Assembly (NCBI GenBank): GCA_963824805.1
Contig: CAWGQZ010000067.1
Coordinates: 7,739-71,738 of the forward strand
Origin: an uncultured Acidobacteriaceae bacterium
Lineage (GTDB): Bacteria > Acidobacteriota > Terriglobia > Terriglobales > Acidobacteriaceae
Reading direction: 5' to 3'
DNA: 64,000 nt
Shown here: positions 1-9,789 of the stretch, piece after piece
How the letters are laid out: the number at the start of each line of letters is the position of its first letter
How positions within the stretch are numbered: position 1 is the first letter of the stretch
Made by a program: the position numbers and the translations under genes
Notes under the pieces: model-generated
What the model saw: the letters and a program-made list of their open reading frames with translations, nothing else
What the model was told of the DNA's origin: nothing
Databases searched by the model: none

Positions 1-874
1 AACGCGCTTTATTGACCTGGTAAGGAATTTCGGTGACCACAATTGACTGGCGATCTTTATTGAAGGTTTCGATGCCTGCCTGGGCACGCATCATGAAGCG
101 GCCACGGCCGTTTTTGTAGGCATCGAGAATTCCGCCACGGCCGTGAATGATTCCGGCGGTAGGGAAGTCGGGACCCTGTACGAATTTGAGAATCTCCGGC
201 AGTGTTGCCGCTGGGTTATTCACCAGGGTGATCGTAGCGTCGACGATCTCGGTTAGGTTGTGTGGCGGAATTTTCGTCGCCATGCCGACAGCGATACCGT
301 CCGAGCCATTCACCAGGAGATTGGGAATACGTGTGGGGAGAACGTCAGGTTCAATTTCGCTTTCGTCGTAGTTGGGGCGGAAGTCGACCGTCTCTTTATC
401 CAGGTCTTCCAACAATCCGGTCGCTACTTGCGCAAGTTTGGCCTCGGTGTAACGGTCTGCTGCGGGCGGATCACCGTCGACGGATCCGAAGTTGCCTTGT
501 CCGAATACCAGTGGATAGCGCAAGCTCCACGGCTGTGCCAGGCGAACCAGCGCGTCATACACCGCCAGATTTCCGTGAGGGTGGTATTTTCCCATCACTT
601 CTCCGACGATCCTGGCGCATTTACGGGTCGCTTTGTTGGGAGCGAGCCCCATCTGCTGCATGGTGTAGAGAATCCGGCGATGGACCGGTTTGAGGCCGTC
701 ACGAACGTCGGGGAGCGCGCGCCCGATGATTACACTCATCGAGTAGTCGAGGTACGACCGCCGCATTTCTTCTTCGATATTGACGGGTACAATGCTCAAC
801 GCGCCCGGACTTCCTCCCTCACCTGGAGGAGGAGGCGTCAAGGGCAGTTCTGGATTCTGCGGATCGTCAGGCAT
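1..874 (-). CDS. gyrA: DNA gyrase subunit A, N-terminal part (open at window edge)
   Basis: My own reverse-strand translation from ATG (complement of 872-874) gives MPDDPQ...[37 protein letters not shown]...GKYHPHG...[10 protein letters not shown]...[15 protein letters not shown]. These are hallmark GyrA motifs including the catalytic Tyr region. It is absent from the ORF track because it runs off the window. Confidence 0.9.
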   Translation of the reverse strand, partial: MPDDPQNPELPLTPPPPGEGGSPGALSIVPVNIEEEMRRSYLDYSMSVIIGRALPDVRDGLKPVHRRILYTMQQMGLAPNKATRKCARIVGEVMGKYHPHGNLAVYDALVRLAQPWSLRYPLVFGQGNFGSVDGDPPAADRYTEAKLAQVATGLLEDLDKETVDFRPNYDESEIEPDVLPTRIPNLLVNGSDGIAVGMATKIPPHNLTEIVDATITLVNNPAATLPEILKFVQGPDFPTAGIIHGRGGILDAYKNGRGRFMMRAQAGIETFNKDRQSIVVTEIPYQVNKAR

Positions 875-1138
875 GGAAAAGGCGCTCCTGGTTTCGGGCT
901 GCTTGCTGGTCGCTCAAAATAAGTGTAAACGGTTGCAACTTAAGGTGGTTAGTTATAGGTTATTATACCATTTCAGAAGCGTTTTTTGGCCCCGTTGGCG
1001 GGGATTCGATAGAGTCGCATGCTGGAGGGCGCGGGAGAAAAGCAGGCGGCCTTCGATTGCGTTGTGAGTTCGCTTCGCTCATCACAACTCCGATCAGGAT
1101 GACAGTATTTAGGCCGGGTAGCGCTGCGGAGGATGACC

Positions 1139-1372
1139 ATGATAATCCCTTCTGATTGCGGAATAATTCATGATCGAAACGGTTTTGCCTGCGCGCGATT
1201 GGGTTCGAATGCTTGCTCTGATTGCGGCACTACTCTGTGCGATCTTCATGTATTCCAATGCGAAACGTGCAATCAGACCTTCTGTGATTGCTGCTTATAC
1301 TTCCACGCAAAGGTCCCGCACGCACGGAAGCCTCTCTCGGCAAAAGCGGGCACGCTCCGACGATCTGCATAA
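1139..1372 (+). CDS. small Cys-rich (zinc-finger-like) hypothetical protein
   Basis: ORF 1133..1372. GGAGG at 1128-1132 is better spaced for the second ATG (1139). There are 12 Cys in about 77 aa, with CSDC, CETC and CDCC pairs. No family recognised. Confidence 0.35.
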   Translation: MIIPSDCGIIHDRNGFACARLGSNACSDCGTTLCDLHVFQCETCNQTFCDCCLYFHAKVPHARKPLSAKAGTLRRSA

Positions 1373-1801
1373 CCAGGCTACCGATATTTTGTAGAAAACA
1401 GCGGCCGCATATCGCCCCGCCGGGCGGTTACGACCAATTCTGTGTCAAATTGCCCGCCAAAATTTACTCCGAGTAGCCGATTCGGATTCGACTCATTTGG
1501 AGAAATGGCCACCGAAGAAGAATCCCGATTCTCTGTTTGACAAGTTGGAGTCCGGCAACGAAAGATCCTGCAGTTCGATTTCATCAAACCCACAGATATC
1601 GAGCTGATTTCGCCGGCAATGCCTAGATAGTGAGGAGGTGACCGCCCGGACGCGTCCCTGGCGAGATGACATCGGAAGGAGAACATGGAATGGATCAACA
1701 GCGATTGGCTAAAGACATCGCTAATTCTGCCGACTAGATTTAAGATGGTGCCGCTCCAAACAGTCCTAACATTTGCAACCGTTACTGCCGGGGGTTGATG
1801 C

Positions 1802-3049
1802 ATGTCTTTCCGATCGGTGTTCGTGGCGGTTGCTGTTTCCTTCGCACTCATCGTTGCCGCGTTTTTAATAAATCGGGCACGGCCCAAGGTAGAAACCGAG
1901 CAGCCCGGCGGAGAGTTTGTGCGCGCTTCGGGCAAGTGCGCCGAGTGCCACTCACGGACCCAGTATTCTGTCGTCCACGAATACGAGATGAGCAAGCACG
2001 CCCAGAAGGGCGTGAACTGCCTGGAATGCCACCAACCCGCCACCGGACAGCAGAAAGAAGAGCATCACGGTTTTGTCATCAGCGCTGACCGGTTGACTGC
2101 GGGCAACTGCCGAGGCTGCCACGAGCAAATTTACCAACAATTTTTGCGAAGCCGTCATGCTGCGACTTCCTGGGCCGCGGTCTACGGAGACAAAGGTCTC
2201 TCTCTGGAGCAGGTAAATTTTTCGGAGACTTATCAGCCGGGCGGGACCAAGCGTCCACCGCATCCATTTGTCACTCTCGAAGGCGGTTCCGCTATGGTAA
2301 GCGGCTGCGAGCAATGCCACGCTATCGGCAAGCCCAATGCGGACGGAACTATTGGCACCTGCACCAACTGTCATACCCGTCACACCAGTTCGGTGGCCAT
2401 CGCTCGCTCTCCGCGTACCTGCGGCCAATGCCATCTGGGGCCAGACCATTCCCAGATCGAGATCTATGAGGAATCGAAACATGGGCTGATGTTCAGCGCG
2501 CAGGAAAAGCTTCTCAACCTCGACGTTGCACCCTCGAAGCTGACCACGCGCGACATGTTCGTGCCCACCTGCGCGACTTGCCACATGAGCGGCATCAACG
2601 GTTTGGGTATTACCCACGATCCGTCGGAGCGGCTGTCCTACTTTTTGGCAAATGCGGTTTCCGCCAAACGGCCCAACTATGCGCAGGCACAGGCCAAGAT
2701 GAAGCAGGTATGTTCCCAGTGCCACACCTCCGGAACCATCAATCGCGTCTACACCCAGGCCGAGGCCGTGGTGCAGACCACCAACCAGAAGGTCTCTGAG
2801 GCCAAAGCCCTGGTCGATGGCCTGCGCACCCAGGGCTTGGTCAGTGGTCCGCCATTCTCCAACCCGATCGATTTTATTTATTTTGACCTCTGGCACTACG
2901 ACGGGCGAACCGCGAAGCACGGCGCCTTTATGGGCGGGGCAGACTTCGTGCAGTGGCACGGAAATTATCCGATCTTGCGCAAGACGGTTGAGCTTAAGGA
3001 AATGGCAGAGAACCTAAAGAAGGAAAGAGAGCATGGCGGAAAAAAATAG
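1802..3049 (+). CDS. membrane-anchored octahaem c-type cytochrome (HAO / multihaem family-like)
   Basis: 415 aa with an N-terminal hydrophobic anchor (FVAVAVSFALIVAAFLI) and eight CxxCH motifs: CAECH, CLECH, CRGCH, CEQCH, CTNCH, CGQCH, CATCH, CSQCH. Size and haem count fit the hydroxylamine-oxidoreductase-like octahaem family. The subfamily was not determined. Confidence 0.8.
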   Translation: MSFRSVFVAVAVSFALIVAAFLINRARPKVETEQPGGEFVRASGKCAECHSRTQYSVVHEYEMSKHAQKGVNCLECHQPATGQQKEEHHGFVISADRLTAGNCRGCHEQIYQQFLRSRHAATSWAAVYGDKGLSLEQVNFSETYQPGGTKRPPHPFVTLEGGSAMVSGCEQCHAIGKPNADGTIGTCTNCHTRHTSSVAIARSPRTCGQCHLGPDHSQIEIYEESKHGLMFSAQEKLLNLDVAPSKLTTRDMFVPTCATCHMSGINGLGITHDPSERLSYFLANAVSAKRPNYAQAQAKMKQVCSQCHTSGTINRVYTQAEAVVQTTNQKVSEAKALVDGLRTQGLVSGPPFSNPIDFIYFDLWHYDGRTAKHGAFMGGADFVQWHGNYPILRKTVELKEMAENLKKEREHGGKK

Positions 3050-3848
3050 GTTCGAACCCTGGCTGGCGATGGAAATATTTGTACTCCTCAACCTTGGCTT
3101 CCTCACCTTCGATATTTATCTGGCGCACTCGGTGAACGATTTTCGCAGCCGGGCTGAATACATTCCGCTTTTCTTCTCTGCCACCGCCCCGATTCTCTTG
3201 CTGGTTGGACTGGCCGCCCGCAGCCGATGGCCGGTTCTATGGAAGATTGCCGGATATCTCGTGGGCGGGTTGGCGATCCTGATCGGGTTGACGGGTGTGT
3301 TGCTCCATTTGGACAGCGCTTTTTTTTACGAACGCACCATCCGCAGCCTGGCTTACTCAGCGCCTTTTGCCGCTCCACTTGCCTACACCGGCCTGGGATT
3401 TCTGTTGCTGCTTAACCGCATGGTGAACTCAAAAAGCAGCGCGTGGGCGCAATGGGTCCTGTTGATGACCCTGGGCGGATTTGTGGGGAATTTCATTTTC
3501 AGTCTCGCCGACCACGCGGGCAATGGATTCTTTATTCGCATCGAGTGGGTGCCGGTTGCGGCCAGTGCGTTCGCGGTCGGGTTTCTGGTGACTCCGTTCC
3601 TGGTGACTGTGTCCACAAGATTCCTCGTGATTTGCATCGGCGTTCTTCTGCTTGAATCAGCCGTCGGCGTTTGGGGATTTCTATTGCACGCCATCAGCAA
3701 TCTGCACGGCCCATCGGTCCACGCCTTCAGCAACTTCATTTATGGCGCTCCCCCCATGGCGCCTTTGCTGTTTCCCAATCTTGCCGTTCTGGGGCTAATT
3801 GCCCTGTGGCGATTACATTCCTTGTCTGCTTTGCATACCAGTGCCTGA
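3033..3848 (+). CDS. polytopic integral membrane protein, translationally coupled to the octahaem cytochrome
   Basis: 271 aa with about 7-8 hydrophobic helices. The start overlaps the cytochrome stop by 17 nt. Conserved-looking His residues lie in or near helices (YLAHS, LLHLD, LADHAGNG, LLHAISNLHG). No family recognised. Confidence 0.65.
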   Translation: MAEKNRFEPWLAMEIFVLLNLGFLTFDIYLAHSVNDFRSRAEYIPLFFSATAPILLLVGLAARSRWPVLWKIAGYLVGGLAILIGLTGVLLHLDSAFFYERTIRSLAYSAPFAAPLAYTGLGFLLLLNRMVNSKSSAWAQWVLLMTLGGFVGNFIFSLADHAGNGFFIRIEWVPVAASAFAVGFLVTPFLVTVSTRFLVICIGVLLLESAVGVWGFLLHAISNLHGPSVHAFSNFIYGAPPMAPLLFPNLAVLGLIALWRLHSLSALHTSA

Positions 3849-3875
3849 TTCCTTTCTAGGCTAGAATTTTCCGGT

Positions 3876-4607
3876 ATGGAAACTTTGTTGGGCAAGATCG
3901 CCCTTGTCACCGGCGGGAGCCGTGGCATTGGCTCTGCGAGTTGCATCACTCTAGCCCGCGCCGGGTGCGACGTGGCGGTCAACTTTCGTACGAATGCTGC
4001 CGAGGCGCAGAAAGTTTGCGCGGAAATTCGCGCGCTTGGACGCAGTGCGATCGCTGTACAAGCGGATGTTTCAAAGACTGATGAAGTGGAGCGAATGGTC
4101 GCAGAGGTCACAGAAACGCTGGGCACGGTCGACATATTGGTCAACAATGCAGGCATAACTCGTCCGCAGAAGATTGAAGACATTACGGAAAATGACTGGG
4201 ATGAACTGATCGACGCGAATCTGAAGTCGGCATTTCTGGTCACGCAAGCCGTGCTGCCTGCCATGCGGACGCGACGCTGGGGCCGCATCATCAACATGTC
4301 GTCAGTGGCGGCACAGACCGGAGGGCTGGTGGGACCGCACTACGCGGCCTCTAAAGCTGGCATGCTGGGACTGACTCACTCTTACGCGGGACTGTTGGCG
4401 AAGGAGGGAATCACCGTCAATACCATCGCGCCGGCGCTGATCGCCACCGCTATGGTGATGACGAATCCGCGGGCGACACCAGAGGTGATTCCGGTTGGCC
4501 GTTTTGGAACGGTGGACGAGGTCGCCGAGGTTGTGGTCACGTTGGCCAAGGACGCCTACATCACGGGGCAGACCATCAACGTCAACGGCGGCTGGTACTT
4601 CAGTTAG
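3876..4607 (+). CDS. SDR family oxidoreductase, 3-oxoacyl-ACP reductase (FabG)-like
   Basis: It has the TGGSRGIG cofactor motif, NNAG, and the catalytic S...YxxxK (YAASKAG). 243 aa is typical for a classical SDR. Confidence 0.85.
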   Translation: METLLGKIALVTGGSRGIGSASCITLARAGCDVAVNFRTNAAEAQKVCAEIRALGRSAIAVQADVSKTDEVERMVAEVTETLGTVDILVNNAGITRPQKIEDITENDWDELIDANLKSAFLVTQAVLPAMRTRRWGRIINMSSVAAQTGGLVGPHYAASKAGMLGLTHSYAGLLAKEGITVNTIAPALIATAMVMTNPRATPEVIPVGRFGTVDEVAEVVVTLAKDAYITGQTINVNGGWYFS

Positions 4608-4756
4608 TCAGATCTATCTTGATCTCGTCATTCCCCAGGCTGGCTTGTCTCGCTCGGAATCTGCTTTCCCAACAGAGGCGGATTTATTGCCGATCTAGGC
4701 GGGCTGCGAATGCAGGGTTAGAAATCATTTTGGAGTTGACGCGCAGGGCTTTTTAC

Positions 4757-4774
4757 ATACATACTGGTTGGTAT
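4757..4774. promoter_or_regulatory. TetR-type operator, copy 1 (overlaps putative -10 of the TetR gene promoter)
   Basis: ATACATACTGGTTGGTAT matches 16/18 the reverse complement of the palindrome at 5423-5440. TTGACG at 4736-4741 lies 16 nt upstream of TACATA (4758-4763). Confidence 0.5.
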
Positions 4775-4795
4775 GGAGCCGCGTTTAAAACCCGT

Positions 4796-5401
4796 TTGGG
4801 AAAACTGACTGCCCGGGATCCTGAAAAGACCCGCAAACGGTTGCTGCAGGCGGCGTTTTGTGAGGTCTACAAGTCCGGATTTCAGGGCACCGATCTCGAT
4901 AGTATTCTGGCGTCGGCCGGTGTCACCAAGGGTGCTCTCTACCATCACTTCGAGAGCAAGGAAGGACTGGGTTATGCACTGGTTGACGAGGTAATTGCCG
5001 ACATCACCCGCGAGAAATGGTTAGAGCCGTTGAGAGGGGCGACGGACCCTTTGGATGCGCTGTCCAAGATTTTCCAATCAACTTCGTTGCGGGATGAAGA
5101 TGTCATCCTGGGCTGTCCGTTGAACAATTTGTCTCAGGAAATGTCGCCGCTTGATGAGGGATTCCGCAAGCGCCTGGCCCGGGTTTTTGCCATCTGGCAT
5201 GGCGCTATCGCCGGAGCATTGCGCGATGGGCAAAAGCGCGGCCAGGTGAAAAAAGATATCGATGCTGATGAAACAGCTACCTTTTTGATGGCTGCTTATG
5301 AAGGGTATATTTCGCTGGCCAAGAATTCCCAGGACCATCGTCTGTTGAAAACAGGAAATAGAGGTATTACCCGATACATCCAGACCCTACGTCCGGCTTA
5401 A
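4796..5401 (+). CDS. TetR/AcrR family transcriptional regulator
   Basis: The HTH region is KTRKRLLQAAFCEVYKSGFQGTDLDSILASAGVTKGALYHHFESKEGL. The track ORF starts at 4619 (TTG) but would run through its own promoter/operator. TTG at 4796 is my best guess and the start is uncertain. Confidence 0.8.
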   Translation: MGKLTARDPEKTRKRLLQAAFCEVYKSGFQGTDLDSILASAGVTKGALYHHFESKEGLGYALVDEVIADITREKWLEPLRGATDPLDALSKIFQSTSLRDEDVILGCPLNNLSQEMSPLDEGFRKRLARVFAIWHGAIAGALRDGQKRGQVKKDIDADETATFLMAAYEGYISLAKNSQDHRLLKTGNRGITRYIQTLRPA

Positions 5402-5422
5402 CATTTTTTTGAAGAGTCCGAT

Positions 5423-5440
5423 ATACCAACCAGTTGGTAT
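5423..5440. promoter_or_regulatory. TetR-type operator, copy 2 (8+2+8 palindrome upstream of the GyrI-like/DUF899 gene)
   Basis: ATACCAAC-CA-GTTGGTAT has perfect 8-bp arms. It lies 16 nt upstream of ATG 5456 and just 5' of the AGGAG RBS. Confidence 0.5.
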
Positions 5441-5455
5441 CAAAGGAGATTGATC

Positions 5456-6805
5456 ATGACGATTAAGGAAAAACTCCCACTCGATACTCCGCGGGTTGAG
5501 GTCCGAAAGCCACTCACCGTCGCTGGACTTCGCAAACGGTATAACGCCAAGACTGTGACCAACATTCCATCGTTGTGGCGGGAACTCCAACCCTATTGGG
5601 CTAAGGTAACGGGGCGAACTGGCAAAGGGGCATTTGGGCTGATCCTCGACATGAACAACCCGGAAGGCTTTGACTACTTTGCCGGTTTCGAGGTTTCCAG
5701 CGACAAGAATCTTCCAGCTGAAATCCTCGCCATAAAGGTTCCGGCGCAAGAATACGCAATCTTTGCCCATCGCGGTCACGTTTCGGAAATCAGGGACACG
5801 ATGTCCGCAATCTGGCGTGAATGGCTCCCGTCGTCGGAGTATCAGGTGGCGTTTGGATCAGGAAAAACACCTGACGCAATTGAGCATTACGGAGAAGCCT
5901 TTAATCCGCAGACAGGGATGGGGGACATAGAAATCTGGATTCCCAATCAGGAAATCGTGAACAAACTTGCGAGGAGAAAACAAATGGCCGAACTACTTAC
6001 TGTTCCGGAAATTCAGAATCACAAAATCGTGAACTCACGAGAATGGACAACGGCGCGAAAGGAACTTCTCCGCAAGGAAAAGGAACTTACCCATTTGCGT
6101 GATGAGCTGAGCCGGCAGCGCCGCGACTTGCCGTGGGAAAAGGTTGAGAAGAAGTATGCCTTCGAGGGAAGGAACGGCAAAGAAACGCTTCCCGACCTCT
6201 TTCAGGGCCGCAGCCAGCTGATTATTTATCACTTCATGTTCGGCCCAGGCTGGAAAGAAGGTTGCGTCGGCTGCTCGTTTCTCGCCGACCACCTGGACGG
6301 CGCCGTCCAGCATCTGGAACACCACGACGTTTCTTTCGTTGTGGTTTCACACGCGCCATTCGATGAAATCGAGGCCTTTCACAAACGAATGGGCTGGAAG
6401 TTCAAATGGGTGTCATCGTATGGCAGCGATTTCAACTACGATTACCACGTGTCGTTCAAGAAGGATTCCGGCAAGGTCTACTACAACTTCGAGGAGCAGG
6501 ATTTCCAGATCGAGGAATCATCGGGGACCAGCGTGTTCTATCGCGATCCCATGGATAACATGTTTCACACTTACTCCAGTTATGCCCGCGGCGGCGATAT
6601 ATTCCTCGGCGCCTATAACTACCTCGACATCACCCCCAAGGGCCGCAATGAGAACGGGCCCAACTATTCGCTGGCGGATTGGGTCCGCCACCATGATCGC
6701 TACGAGAACGGGGGATTCGTGCAGTCGACCGGCCGGTTTGTAGCCAAGTCGGACTCTTCGTGCGGATGCGACGGCGAGCGAGTGAACAATACGGGTCGGA
6801 AGTGA
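5456..6805 (+). CDS. fusion protein: GyrI-like small-molecule-binding domain + DUF899 thioredoxin-like domain
   Basis: The N-terminal ~165 aa resembles the AraC-effector/GyrI-like fold and ends in the typical ...DIEIWIP. The frame continues with no stop into a full DUF899 sequence (RQRRDLPWEKVEKKYAFEG...LIIYHFMFGPGWKEGCVGCSF...MGWKFKWVSSYGSDFNYDYHVSF). An internal GAGGAG-N7-ATG occurs at 5985. Confidence 0.75.
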   Translation: MTIKEKLPLDTPRVEVRKPLTVAGLRKRYNAKTVTNIPSLWRELQPYWAKVTGRTGKGAFGLILDMNNPEGFDYFAGFEVSSDKNLPAEILAIKVPAQEYAIFAHRGHVSEIRDTMSAIWREWLPSSEYQVAFGSGKTPDAIEHYGEAFNPQTGMGDIEIWIPNQEIVNKLARRKQMAELLTVPEIQNHKIVNSREWTTARKELLRKEKELTHLRDELSRQRRDLPWEKVEKKYAFEGRNGKETLPDLFQGRSQLIIYHFMFGPGWKEGCVGCSFLADHLDGAVQHLEHHDVSFVVVSHAPFDEIEAFHKRMGWKFKWVSSYGSDFNYDYHVSFKKDSGKVYYNFEEQDFQIEESSGTSVFYRDPMDNMFHTYSSYARGGDIFLGAYNYLDITPKGRNENGPNYSLADWVRHHDRYENGGFVQSTGRFVAKSDSSCGCDGERVNNTGRK

Positions 6806-6820
6806 ACACTGTAAATAGCA

Positions 6821-6850
6821 AAAGCCGGAGCTCGAATGCTCCGGCTTTTC
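6821..6850. terminator. bidirectional intrinsic terminator between convergent genes
   Basis: AAAGCCGGAGC-tcgaat-GCTCCGGCTTT forms an 11-bp stem flanked by an A-run and a T-run. It sits between the stop of 5456..6805 (+) and the stop of 6869..7279 (-). Confidence 0.8.
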
Positions 6851-6868
6851 TCATCGGCCAGTGATTGG

Positions 6869-7279
6869 CTACTTCAGCGCGATCACGACCTGACCCAGGT
6901 TAGGTTTGGAACCGCTCGCCATCAGCTCTTTCTCCAGTTTCGATGCTGGAGCAACCATTCCAGCGCGGCCTTCCGCACCCCAAGCCTCGGCCAGGAAGTA
7001 CTGGTTACCGTAGTGGTGAAACACCAGTTTGGAACCTCCGGTGTTCGGCACTTCGGGCCGGACCAGCGACATAATGCTCTTGCCGGTTTCAAGGTTGGTG
7101 ATGTAGATCGAGGACAAGCCATTGGCGGAAACTGCGTACTGGCCCGCCGGCAGTTCCTTGCCTGCTGCGATGAACGAGAAGGGCACATCACCCTTCGTGA
7201 TAGTTTGAGCGAATGCGCCGGTGACGCTGCAAAGGGAAAGCACCACTAGCGACAGGGTCCCGATAAGGTTGCGTTTCAT
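6869..7279 (-). CDS. secreted hypothetical protein
   Basis: An internal ATG at 7279 is preceded by AAGGAGGA. The product starts MKRNLIGTLSLVVLSLCSVTGAFAQ (signal peptide). No family recognised. Confidence 0.6.
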   Translation of the reverse strand: MKRNLIGTLSLVVLSLCSVTGAFAQTITKGDVPFSFIAAGKELPAGQYAVSANGLSSIYITNLETGKSIMSLVRPEVPNTGGSKLVFHHYGNQYFLAEAWGAEGRAGMVAPASKLEKELMASGSKPNLGQVVIALK

Positions 7280-7561
7280 AAATCCTCCTTGGGGGCTCCT
7301 TGCAGTGGAACCCAAACTGAATTTTTGTCTCTCAAGCTCGCCTGCGCCCTCGCTGGAAGCTTGTTGTTGACGCCTGTGATATTGCATGCGCGCAACCAAA
7401 CTCTGAGGGCCTCCCACGAGTCTTCCTTCCTGAGCTTTTGCAATGAGATAGAGGCCGTCTGCCTTCCAGGACGCACCGGGAACCCGGCTAAGCGGTAGGG
7501 GAACGGCTACCTCGGGTAGCTTTTTGGTTCCCCGGCGCTTGCAAGGACATCCAATCCCGCA

Positions 7562-9454
<1,893 letters not shown>

Positions 9455-9463
9455 AGGTACGTC

Positions 9464-9760
9464 ATGGATCTGGACGAATTCGGAAAATCGCTTGCCTTGC
9501 CGGCACCTCCATCACAACTCTCGCTCGCTCTGGCCGGGCTCTGGTGGGACGCCAAGGGCGACTGGGCTCGCGCCCACGAATCCGCACAGCAGGATGAGGG
9601 CCCCGACGGCTCCTGGGTACACGCCTACCTGCATCGCAAAGCAGGAGCCGCGGGAAATGCAGCCTACTGGTATCAGCGCGCAGATAAGCCGGTTTGTCGA
9701 GAGGCACTCGATTCGGAATGGTTAAATATCGTGAAAAAATTGCTGGCGGCAAACGAGTAG
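9464..9760 (+). CDS. conserved small hypothetical protein
   Basis: 98-aa ORF lying 9 nt after the activator stop. The motif WVHAYLHRKAGAAGNAAYWYQRA looks like a recurrent uncharacterised family. Function unknown. Confidence 0.5.
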   Translation: MDLDEFGKSLALPAPPSQLSLALAGLWWDAKGDWARAHESAQQDEGPDGSWVHAYLHRKAGAAGNAAYWYQRADKPVCREALDSEWLNIVKKLLAANE

Positions 9761-9789
9761 CAGCTCTACCAAACCGATAGGAGGAATCC

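Noticed and set aside
1378-2043. 221-aa minus-strand ORF spanning the region upstream of, and into, the octahaem cytochrome gene.
   Set aside because: It overlaps the cytochrome start and its strong upstream SD/mini-ORF. It has no motifs and odd composition, so it is likely spurious.
1952-2959. Long antisense ORFs inside well-supported genes. Examples: 1952..2959 (-) in the cytochrome gene, 9766..10626 (-), 19904..20755 (+) opposite jag/yidC, 33475..34272 (+), 50491..51309 (-), 53575..54282 (+) and 61332..62144 (-).
   Set aside because: Their products are Arg/Pro/Gly/Ala-rich and low-complexity, with no recognisable motifs. They are mirror frames of strongly supported genes in GC-rich DNA, which makes them typical shadow ORFs.
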